Assembly (NCBI RefSeq): GCF_030684315.1
Contig: NC_081393.1
Span: 3,228,264-3,292,263, forward strand
From: Stegostoma tigrinum
Lineage: Eukaryota
Length of the DNA: 64,000 bases
Direction: 5' to 3'
Shown here piece by piece: positions 12,241-23,482 of this stretch. Numbering within the stretch: the first letter of the stretch is position 1; every line of letters starts with the position of its first letter. Under the pieces are notes generated by a model that worked only from the letters and a program-made list of their open reading frames with translations, did not search any database and was not told where the DNA came from. The position numbers were made by a program, and so were the translations under genes.

Positions 12241-13149
12241 GGGCGAAAATAGCTAGTGCCATGACTCACTGGGGTAGTGTACTGGAAATCAAGCCCCATT
12301 ATTCCTGAGTCATCACAAAAGTTAAAGTTTTAAAAAGAAATATACAAAATCCCTAAACTACCCGATCTTTCAGACAAAGATTGATCGAAAGCATGGAGGA
12401 GGCCAGGCAGAAGATCCTCATCATTGATGACTGACTACACGTCTATATCAATCTGCTCGCCCTTGCAAACGAATCCTCCACTGCAGCTCACCTGCACATC
12501 GCTGAGACTCACAGCTGCATCCTTGTATCATTTTCCACTGTTTCAAAACATGCAGCCATCCTTCTCAGCCCCTGTTTTTCAAACCAGATTTCTCTCATTT
12601 CAGCCCACAATTTTGAAAAGCAGGAAAATCAAAAGACACTGTCTTTGTATTAGCTATCTTCCAACTTTTTGTCACTTCTCCGAAAGTACAGGATATTGTT
12701 CTTATAGAGTTTGAAGGTTTTTACTGCTGTATTGTCAATGCACAGGCTGCCCACTTGCCCAGGAGCAAATCAGAGAGAGTCATGCTGAGCACTACTGACC
12801 CATACAACAGGCTCTGATTGAAAAACCAATCAGCAGTCTTTCCATGGTGAAAACTGTCATAGGCACACCCACAGTATTAATGAGTCCAGCATCATCCTCA
12901 ACAAATTGAACAAGATAACAGCGTAGGTACAATTCACAGTGACTTCCAGCAACTCATCTTAAGATTTCAGCATCTTTTTCCACAATTTTCTTGGTTGAAA
13001 GCAGTGTTGTGTTCCCATTTTAGTCTACAATCTAAATAAAAAATACGTAAAAAGATGTGGCCTTTATCAAATAACATTTCAGTCACAAACTGCCATGATA
13101 AATAGTTAGGCTGCTCTGTGAAGACACATTGGGTGTACATTTTAATGTG

Positions 13150-13750
13150 ATAAAATACCATCCCAATGGAGTCCTGATTGCATTATGATGTGTTGGCTGG
13201 ATTGTGAAGATTGAATGGCTGATCATCCTTACTGCCGTAATAACATCACACGAGGTGCACAGCCAATCTTTTAAATCGATGCCTTGATGTTAAGGGTGGT
13301 GGGGGTTGAGCTCATTTTGCTATCTGCAGCTTGCAGGCAAGTCTTGCACTATTCATCTCCCTTCCCAACAAATGCATCTTCTGAATAACAGGCTGTCATG
13401 TGAAAGAGACACACGTGGACATATATTTGCACACTGCAATTATGTAAACTATTTAAAAACTGACTTGTCAGTGATAGAATTCAGTGTGATGAAGCCTGGG
13501 TGTTCTGGTGCTAATAACAATTAAGAGTTGCTGATTATTTTTGATTACTTTGCACAGCCTAATGACTCTATTAAATTAGCGGGGGGGGTGAATTAATCCA
13601 CTAATACTATCACCAATCGTTTCAAGTCTTTTGTAATTAATATGGGTCCTGGTAATGAGAAAGACGTGGATTAAACAAGTTTGGATTAAATATGCAATTC
13701 TTGTAACATAATGGAGTTTTGACTGATTTTAAATGCCTACTACATTGAAG
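13150..13750. promoter_or_regulatory. Candidate conserved non-coding element / enhancer
   Basis: A block with no recognisable repeat and clustered TAAT motifs, including three TAATCC/GGATTA sites at 13595-13690. Conservation was not tested. Confidence 0.35.
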
Positions 13751-14439
13751 TCCAAAGTCAACACAGTCAATAAACACTACTCCATGAATCAGACATAACA
13801 ATGATTTCTTTCCTCTTGTCCACTCATTAATAAGGAAATATGGGCCACAAATTGAATTGTTGTTTCAGCACCTGCAAGTGGGAAAATACGAGCCAATGCA
13901 TTACCATTCTGTTAGTGACTTCAGATACTGCAAGATATGAAATTAATAAAACCCATTTCCTTCACCCCACCATTGACTGATCCACTGAGCTCTGGAATTC
14001 TTTCTTTAAACCTCTGTACCTTTCTTTTCTCTTTAATAACCTCTGTTTGACCAAGCCTTTGGTCAGTTGTCCTAAATTCTGTCTGAAACTTGATGTTTTT
14101 TGATTGATGACAGCCCTTAACAGTGCAGTGGAAAAATATCCTGCATTCAATATGTGATACAAATGCGAGTTGTTGTCAACTAAGTGGACTGCGAACCAAT
14201 TATTTATTTAGCGGTTCCTAGTGAGATCAACATCATAATACGTTAGAAAATAGGAGTAGGTCCTCACGCTAGGCTGATACAAATGATAAAGCCACATAGA
14301 ATCCACAGTGAGCTGGTAATATCCACACAGAAATGACTTGGTCATAGAGGGCACAGCGTAGTGGTGGTAGAGTGTTTTTTTGACGAGAGACTTGTGACTA
14401 GATCTGTGGACCAATGAGACATTGGGATCAGCACTGGAC

Positions 14440-16290
14440 TTCTAGTCTTTGTAATGTATATAAGAGTGATTTAGAGGAGAATGTGGATATTTTATAATTC
14501 AGTTTGGAGTTGACACAAAGATTTGGAGAGTTGTGGATAATGAGGAGGATATAGATAGGCTGGAGACTTAGACGGAGAAATGGCAGATGGAATTTAATCT
14601 GGGCAAATGCCAGGTGATGCATTTTGGAAGGTCCAATGCTGAGGCAAGTACAGAATAAACCGCAGAACCCTTAGAAACATTGACATGCAGAGGGATCTGG
14701 GCGTATAGGCTGAGTGATAATGGGAACTGCAGACGCTGGATAATCCAAGATAATAAAATGTGAGGCTCGATGAACACAGCAGGCCCAGCAGCATCTCAGG
14801 AGCACAAAAGCTGACGTTTCGGACCTAGACCCTTCATCAGAGAGGGGGATGGGGAGAGGGTTCTGGAATAAATAGGGAGAGAGGGGCAGGCGGACCGAAG
14901 ATGGAGAGAAAAGAAGATAGGTGGAGAGGAGAGTATAGGTGGAGAGGTAGGGAGGGGATAGGTCAGCCCAGGGAAGACGAACAGGTCAAGGAGGTGGGAT
15001 GAGGTAAGTACGTAGGAAATGGAGGTGCGGCTTGGGGCGGGAGGAAGGGATGGGTGAGAGGAAGAACAGGTTAGGGAGGCAGAGACAGGCTGGGCTGGTT
15101 TTGGGATGCGGTGGGGGAAGGGGAGATTTTGAAGCTGGTGAAGTCCACATTGATACCCTTCCCCCACCGCATCCCAAAACCAGTCCAGTTCGTCCCCTCC
15201 CCCCACTGCATCCTAAAACCAGTCCAGCCTATCTCTGCCTCCCTAACCTGTTCTTCCTCTCACCCATCCCTTCCTCCCACCCGAAGCCGCACCTCCATCT
15301 CCTACCTACCAACCTCATCCCACCTCCTTGACCTGTCTGTCTTCCCTGGACTGACCTATCCCCTCCCTACCTCCCCACCTATACTCTCTCCACCTATCTT
15401 CTTTTCTCTCCATCTTCGGTCTGCCTCCCCCTTTCTCCCTATTTATTCCAGAACCCTCACCCCACCCCCCTCTCTGATGAAGGGTCTAGGCCCGAAACGT
15501 CAGCTTTTGTGCTCCTGAGATGCTGCTGGGCCTGCTGTGTTCATCCAGCCTCACATTTTATTATCTGAGCATATAGGCTGTCAGTTCCCTGAAAGTGGCA
15601 ACACAAGTGTATAAAGTGGCCAAGAAGATTTATGGAATGCTTTTCAGTTGGGGCACAGAATATAGAAATTGGCAACTCATCTTGCAGGTGTATACAATTT
15701 TAGTGAGGCCACATTTGGAATATTGCGTGCACATGTGGTTGCCACATGAGCAGAAGGATATTGAGGGCTTGGAGAGGGTACAGAAAGGTTTACCAGGATG
15801 TTACCTGCTTTGGAGGGAATTAGCTATGACAAGACATTGGATAAATGTGGTTTGTTTTCACCTCGATGTCAAAGGCTGAGGGGCCAAACTGATAGAAGTG
15901 TACAAAATTATGAGAGGCATGGACGGAATGGATAGTCAGAGTCTTGTTCCCAGGGTAGAAATGCCAGTTACCAGGGGACATTGGTTTAAGGGTAGAAATG
16001 TCAGTTACCAGGGGACATTGGTTTAAGATAAAAGGGGGTACGTTTAAAGGAGATGTGAAAATCAAGTTTTTACACGGAGGATGGTAAGTGCCTAGAATGT
16101 ACTGCCAGAGGAGGTGGTGAAGGTCGATTCAATAGCAATGCTTAAGAGACATCATGACAGATAGTTGAACAGGCAGGGAATAGAGGGACATTGACCACGT
16201 AAAGGCAAAAGGTTTTTAGTTTAGAAAGGCATCCTGTGTCACCGCCAGCTTAGTGGGCCAAAGGCCTTGTCCTCTGCTGTGCTGTTTTAC
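14440..16290 (+). mobile_element. CR1 LINE 3' portion, interrupted by a PLE
   Basis: ORF 15595 LVRPHLEYCVHMWLPH..KDIEGLERVQK, an upstream FGVDTK.GE..D segment and a CR1 tail. Confidence 0.9.
14713..15566. mobile_element. Fold-back Neptune-type PLE pLTR insertion (two inverted arms)
   Basis: Minus arm 14713-15157, plus arm 15158-15566. Hammerhead motifs at 14811-14843(-) and 15471-15503(+). 18-bp duplication at 14695-14712 / 15563-15580. Confidence 0.9.
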
Positions 16291-17346
16291 GCTCTTTGTA
16301 GGCCATTTCAGCCACTCAGGCCTGCTACACCATTCTCCTTATGATCAAAGACTGTTCTGCCACAGCTGGATGTGGCAAGGAATTCCAAAGACTCACTACC
16401 TTCTGACAGAAGAAACTCCTCCTCATTGCAGCCATAAATTGGCACCCCTCGATTCTGAGACAATGCCCTCTGCTCCTCGACTTTCCCACAAAGGGAAACA
16501 TCAAAAAGGCTGTTGCCACAAAAATGGGTGTGCAATTACTGCTCCCAGGAAGTGTCGGGACAGCCAGCATAGCCCACTGAGTGTGGCTGTTTCTTTCCAA
16601 CTGTTTAACAGTCTGTTACTTTGATGGTGTTATGGAAACCCACTTCTGGTGAACCAGAGCCAAAGAGATCTCAAGCTTTTCTGTCAATGAGTGCAGCAGA
16701 CAGCCAGACACATTTAAATCCTACTTCTTTATGTGTTGCACACAATATAACTAGCACCAATATACTTCCAGGTCCAACACTGATTCTCCTAATTTGCCTT
16801 TTTACTCCAGAAGCAAATGTTAAAGAAATTAATCCCAAAAACAGAGCAGACTCAGAAAAATAACAGCACTGCTACTTGTGCAAGTTTCCCCTTACGCCAC
16901 CTGCTCCCTTATCATATTTAATCAGTCACTTTATGATCAATTAACCTCAGTTATCAGTTGAAGTTTTGTAATGCTGACAAAAATGTCATTCCAAGACAAC
17001 TGTTAAGGAAATTGGTGAGACCACACCTGGGATTGTTCTCCTCTGGTAAATGATATAAGTAGATTGAGTGCTGTTCAGAAAAGGTTCACTGGGCTAATTC
17101 CTGGGATGCAGGAATTGTGTTGTGAGGAAATGTTGAACAAGTTGGGCCAATTTTATTTTATTTGTTGACAGGATATATGTGTTACTGGCTTGACTCATAT
17201 TTATAACCCACCCCTAATGCTTGAGAAGGTGCAGTGAGCCACAGTCCCAAACAGCTACAATCTATATCTGGAGGTATACCTACATTACTGTTAGGGAGGG
17301 AGTTCCACTGAAGCTTAGAAGACTGGCAGGAAGTTTTATTATCATG

Positions 17347-17553
17347 TACATGAAGTCCCCACTTTGCTAATGGATCCTGTTCTGAAGCCTGTTTGCAAGC
17401 TGATTTGTATGCAAGTTGGAACAGTGCAGGACAGTGTGTTCATAAGTACAGGAAACATTCATATGTCAGGTCTTTAAAATTACACCCTGGCTTGGAATTA
17501 CGTACGTAAGTACGGTGTCCCTAAGTTGAACATGCATAACCCAAGACCCTCGA
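17347..17553. mobile_element. Possible Tigger/pogo-like MITE inside a CR1 fragment
   Basis: Begins tacatgaagtccccactttg and ends with a degenerate inverted counterpart (taacccaagaccctcgata). It interrupts CR1 3' sequence. Confidence 0.35.
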
Positions 17554-18819
17554 TAAGACCCTGACGGACCTTGGTAAGATAGATGTTGGGTGGATTTAGC
17601 ATCTTGTGGAGGATGAAGTTTGAAAATAAAGTGATCCCCATTTAAGACAGAGACAACAAAGGCCTTCCTCTCACAAAAGGTTCTTATTCTTTGGAATTCT
17701 TTTCCCAGAAAGATGGACAGATTTTTAATTAACAGGGAGTCAAGGAGTACAGGGACAGGCAGGAATGTGAAGTTCAGGCCACAGTCAGATCAGTCATGAT
17801 TTTAATGAATAGCAGTGCAGTCTAGTTGGGCTGTATTGCCTACTCTGCTCCTGTTTTGTTATGATATTCACATGAGCAACTGAGACGGCAGCCAATTATT
17901 GCTGGATATTCATCTTCCTTTCCTGTTGAACTGCTGATGGTTCATTACAAATCTCAATTTCCCATGGTAACTATTGGTCTCTGGGTGATTGTTACCGTAA
18001 ATATTGCAAACAAATCTTGTCATTACTGCTCTATCATCCACTTGGCATCAGGTTTTTATCAATTTTAAACATTGTCAACAAACTTACAATGCGGGATTGC
18101 ATGATATACACAGCACAGCAACAGGCAATTAGCTGTAGCAGGTGATCACCATTGATTACGTACCACACAAGCCCCATCCCACCTGATCAATACTAGATTC
18201 ATTTGTCATTTATGATTTGATCCAGATTAAATGCATTGACAGTATTCTGTTGAGCCATTCCCTGTTATGCAAATATTGTCACTGCTCTCAGGGTGAAGAA
18301 TTTTCTTCTAAAATGCCTACTGAATTATTTGTGGATGTCGAGTATGTATGGATCCTAGTTTGCTGTCACTGCTATGTCAGAAATGTTTCTCAACATTTAC
18401 CCTTTCCAGCTTCTTCATAATTTTAAAGAACTCCATAAAGTCACCCCTCAAATATTTTTCTGAAAGAAAGATCCCAAAATATTTCAGCCTCTTTTGATAG
18501 GCTATGATCCCCAAATTCCAATATCATCCTTGTAAATCGACTTTTCATCTTTGCCAATGTTTCTGTAATTTTGTAATAATATGGAGCACGGACCTCTCAG
18601 AGTGGTCAAAGTAAGGTTACAGCCACTTTTGCCAGGAATTGACATCAAGGTGAAGAAGTGGTGTCGGACAAAAAGATTGGCTGCTTTGGAACCAGCTCTA
18701 AAGGCAGAGAGATTAGTCCTTCGGAAGAAGACAAAATGTAATATCCTTACTTCTGTGGTTTAGAGCTAAAGAATAGAGAGAGGCAGATTGAGAGAGAGCA
18801 ATCTGCTTTGGTAAGTAGC

Positions 18820-20380
18820 AGGGAAAGTTGAGTAATTTGTTTGAGTTTATTATTTATCATTGTTCAGGATCACAGCGGCAGGAGAACTCTGCCGTATGGT
18901 ATGCAATTTGTGGGAAATCAAGGACACTTCCAATGCCCATGGTGACCATGTACATAGGAGGTGTGTTCAGCTGCTCCTTATTGACCACGTGCAGCAGCTC
19001 AACCGACAGGTGGACTCTCAGTGGAGCATCCATGATGCTGAGGATATTGCGGTTAGCATGTTTAGTAAGCTGGTCACACCACAAGTCAGGGCGACATGGA
19101 CAGAAAAGCACTGGGGTATCACAGGAAGACTAGAAAGCCCGGGAGGGTAGCACAGGAGTCCCCTGTAGCCATCACCCTTTCAAACAGATCATCTATGTTG
19201 GATACTGTTCGTGGGGTTGACATCTCAGGCAAAAGCAGGTTTGTGGCTCACGGTTGGCTCTGCTGCACAGTAAGGCAGGGAAAAGGCTGCGAGAGCCTGA
19301 ATGATAGGGGACTCAATTTTAAGGTATGTTGCCTCCCTGGTGCCAGGGTCAGGGATATCCCAAAATGATTGAATAGACAGAGTGAACAGCCAGCAGACAT
19401 AGCGCACGTCGATACCAATGACATGGGTAAAAAAGGAAATTAAGTCCTGCAACCAGAATTTTAGAGAGTTAGGCTGTAGATTAAAAAGGAAGACAATGAA
19501 GGTTATGAAGAAGGGTCACTGTAGCCAAAATATTAACTCTCCACAAATGCTGGCAACTTCTGTTTTTATTCCTCTTAAGGTTATAATCTTTGGATTACTT
19601 TCAGTGCCACATGCTAAGTAGGGGAAAAGGAAGATAGGTAAGATGAAAGTAGTGAAAATGATAGCGTTAGGATGGAGAGCTTTAGATTTTTGGATCATTG
19701 GAGCAGCTTCTGGAGTAGGTGGGGCCTGGAAAGCTGGGCAGATTGTACCTGAACTGGAATGGGCCCAGCAACCTTGCTGCAAGGCTTGCTCATGCTGTCA
19801 TGGATGTTTTTAACTTATTCGGCGGGGTTGTGGGGGTCAGAAAGTATATGTAAAGTTGAAAGCAAGGTGCAATCTGATATGGAAGGAACGTCAGGACAGT
19901 CCTTTGAGCAGAAAAGTCATGACCAGGATAAAGTACAATGGGAGGTCTAGAAACCTAAATTATATCTGTTTTAATGCAAGGAGCTTCACCTGTAAGGGAG
20001 ATAAACTTAGAGCATTGATCGGCATATGGGAATATGTTATCACTGAGACATGATTGAAGGAAAGACAGGAGTGGAAGCTCAACATTCCAGAGTATAGAAC
20101 TGATGGCATGATGTTGTGGGGCAAGGGGTGAGGGTGGATACATTACATTCTATAAGGGCAGCCATCACTATATTAATAAGGAAGGATGCCCTACAAGGTT
20201 CTTCAAATGAGGACATCTGAATTGAGTTTAGAAATAAAAAAGAGTCAATTACCTTGCTAAGATTATCTTACAGGCCTCCCAACAGGCAGAGGAAGATGGA
20301 AGAGCAGATATGTAGATCAATCTCAGAAAGGTGTGAGAGGAATAGGGTTATAGTTGGAGAGGAATTTAACTTTGCTGACT
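18820..20380 (+). mobile_element. CR1 LINE 5' part: ORF1 (zinc finger + SGNH esterase) and start of the APE endonuclease, decayed
   Basis: CxxCNLWEI...RRCVQL, VCCLPGARVRDI and LNYICFNARS...ITET, YRPPN. Confidence 0.85.
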
Positions 20381-21276
20381 TCAGTGGTCTGGGGTTCATG
20401 AGACCAGGACTTTTCCCATTGGACCGGGATTGTGCGACTGGGGCGAAGGACTTTCACCATCGGACTGGGGTTTGTGCGCCAGTGCCATGGAAACTGAGAT
20501 GGAGCTCCGAGTGCTAGCCACAACCCAGAATTCTCTGACAGGCAGAAGGCAGTGAGACTCAGTTATTAAATAAGTCTGATTTAAGCTAATAGACTACTCA
20601 TTAGTTTACACATGCTGAAATTAGAGTAAGCAAATACATTTTGTTCTCATCAACGTGCACGTGTCTTTTTGTGTTCATTTTAATCAGACCTTAAAGAACC
20701 TGTTAGGGACTTTCAGCTGAACAATACACCAGTTTATAGAACACATCCTGATTAGTATGACCAGTTTTACAAACATGTCTGAAATCTTAGGTGAATGAGG
20801 AAGGAATAGGTTGATATCAACATGTTTTCTTGACATCATTTTACCGTGTTTCTCTTGAGATATTAGATAAAACAAATTGTCATTTTGAAAGTGACGGGTA
20901 TTTTCAGCCCAATTTGTCACTCATTGATCACTGCTAATTTTGTAAGTTAATCTGCAATTACCATGAAGTCAGCAGCCAGCAAAGCACTGAACAACAGAAG
21001 ACAAAAAAAATGCTTTCAAGTGATGGATAAACAGCAGGATACCAATGCTGAAGATGCAGAAAGTGACTATCTGTGAAATGAAGTTGTGAAGTTCAAACAG
21101 CGTTAAATCTGAGCCTCGTACTGTTTCTCAATCCCTTTTGATCAGAACAACTTGGCTTGATATAACACCTTTAAGGTGGCTAACTATTGTAATACTCTAC
21201 TTTGAATTGTTGTCAAGTCACATTTGGGGAGATCAGTGGTGTTTTTATTTGTTTCATCAAAATAAACCAAAGCCTA

Positions 21277-21580
21277 TGGGGTGGCCGTTTGGTGGAGCTT
21301 CTGCGCTGGAGGGCAGCAAGATGCTGGGCGGAGGCACCTTGATGCATTGTCCGGCGGTGGAAGCTCTTAACCTGGGTCCCCCACCAAATATGATACTCTC
21401 CTCTCTACCTATCTTCTTTTTTCTCCATCTTCGGTCCGCCTCCCCCTCTCTCCCTATTTATTCCAGCTCCCTCTCCCCATCCCCCTCTCTGATGAAGGGT
21501 CTAGGCCCGAAACGTCAGCTTTTGTGCTACTGAGATGCTGCTTTGCCTGCTGTGTTCATCCAGCTCCACACTTTGTTATC
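21277..21580 (+). mobile_element. PLE pLTR fragment (21393-21580) with hammerhead, preceded by 116 nt of unrelated GC-rich sequence
   Basis: Hammerhead CTGATGA at 21489 and GAAACGTC at 21509. caaagccta is duplicated at 21268-21276 and 21580-21588. Confidence 0.75.
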
Positions 21581-21619
21581 AAAGCCTAAGAACTGTTGCC
21601 CTACATTGACGGGGGAAAT

Positions 21620-21738
21620 TATTGCAGATGCTGGAAGTGTACTGAAAACAACAAATGCTGAGATCACAGCGGGTCAGGCGGTATTCATGGAGAGAGATCA
21701 AGCTGACGTTTCAAGTTTAAATGACTCTTCATCAGAGC
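21620..21738 (-). mobile_element. Short PLE-tail element of a second family, hammerhead at its 5' end
   Basis: The minus strand reads gct-CTGATGA-agagtcatttaaactt-GAAAC-GTC-agc and ends ccagcatctgcaa. Confidence 0.7.
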
Positions 21739-22340
21739 ACTTTACATTGAGTTTGCCATTCTAGTACTCCAGAACCCGTATATAATGCTGTGAAAAACTC
21801 TCATGCATTTCTTCTGCCTTTGTACAGGGCCTCAAAATTTCAAAAAACAGATGGCATTTTCCCATTTCAGAGGGTGCATCAGGCCTGGATGAGGAATGGG
21901 TGAGAGAGAGAAGCTGGAGAAGTATGATCATGCGGTGAGCCCAGGTAGAAGCTGAAGATGAAAGAACTGAAGGGAAACCAGACTTTCTACATCCTTCCCA
22001 CATTAAATTTGAGACTTGCAAGAAAAGAAAATGCACAAATGGAGTACCTTCAATACAGTAAATACATACCAGCATTCTTCGCAGGAGTGAATTTAATCAA
22101 AACATCTTTGTTCAGTCATGTCGATTGAGGAGTGCCAGATGGCCGAGGACACTGGAGAATAACTGTCAAAGAACGCTGTTGGATCTTTTAAGTCCAGATT
22201 AAACTGTTGAATCTTCATGCAACATCTTATCATCTGAGTCAAACCATACCCTGAGGATGACAATATTAAAGGTGCTGCAAAATGGGATCTAAATTGCATG
22301 TGGTATTACTTTGAAAGAATGATCCAATTTGTCCCGCATT

Positions 22341-22569
22341 CAAGATAACAAAGTGTGAAGCTGGATGAACACAGCAGGCCAAGCAGCATCTCAGGAGCAC
22401 AAAAGCTGACATTTTGGGCCTAGACCCTTCATCAGAGATCAGAGTTGAAGGGTCTAGGCCCGAAACATCAGCTTTTGTGCTCCTGAGATGCTGTTTGGCC
22501 TGCTGTGTTCATCCAGCTTCACACTTTGTTATCTTGGATTCTCCAGCATCTGCATTTCCCACTATCTCT
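22341..22569. mobile_element. Short fold-back PLE tail
   Basis: The inverted arms meet at about 22440. Duplication ttgtcc(c/t)gcattca at 22329-22342 / 22569-22582. Confidence 0.9.
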
Positions 22570-23482
22570 TGTCCTGCATTCATCTCCTTTCTCATAATCC
22601 TGTATATTCTTGCCTTATGGACTTGGGATTCATTTTCCTTTTGCAAGTTAGAATTGAATCTGTTTGAGGTGGTGCATTCCAGATCCCAAAGCGCTACAAC
22701 ACAAAGATATTTTCATTTCCCCTCTGGTTCTTTTGCCAATAATCTGAAATCTTTCCTGTGCTCTTGCCAACTGTATGTTTTGATTATTGTCGCTCCCACC
22801 AATGGAAGCATTTTTTTTATTTTTGTCATTAAAACTATCTATCATATTGAATGTCTTGATTGAATATCCTCTTGACCTTTTCTGCTCTGAGAAGATTAAT
22901 TCCAGCTTCCAACATTACTGTTCAGAATTATGGACACTAAAGAAACTTCTAACCAAAGGAGAAACGAATCTGGAGAGATTTAGCAGACCTGCTCAAGCTG
23001 ATGATAGCCCTTTCAAATGGCATAAATTTGCACTGTACACTGACAATGGAGAATGTGTGTGAGATATGAACCTTTGACACAGGAGTGTAAGAAGTAGAAA
23101 CTGAGGCTGGCCTTTGACTCTTTGCCATTCAACCATTCAAACTCTTCAGTTTCTGGGTCAAAATCCTGGAATTCCCTCCTGAAGGGTGTTGTAGGTCAAC
23201 CTGCAGCATGTGGACTGCAGCAGTTTAATAAGGCAGCTCACATCACCTTCTCAAGAACAAGTAGGGACAGGCAATAAATGCTGGACAGCCAGCGATACCC
23301 ATGTTCCATGTGTGAATGTAAAAAAACTTAAGCTCATGACAGACCTTCCACCTCAACTCAATCTGCCTGCATATCCATTCCCATATCCCTTCATTTCTTC
23401 AGTGTCCAAACATCTTTCGACCTTTCTCTTGAAAGCCCTCAATTTCTGAGTATTCGCAGCCGTCTGAAAAAGAGAATTCAAA

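Noticed and set aside
14796-15518. Pro/Ser-rich and Gly-rich ORFs (also at 34.5-36.1 kb)
   Set aside because: They are by-products of the low-complexity C-rich pLTR, open in several frames.
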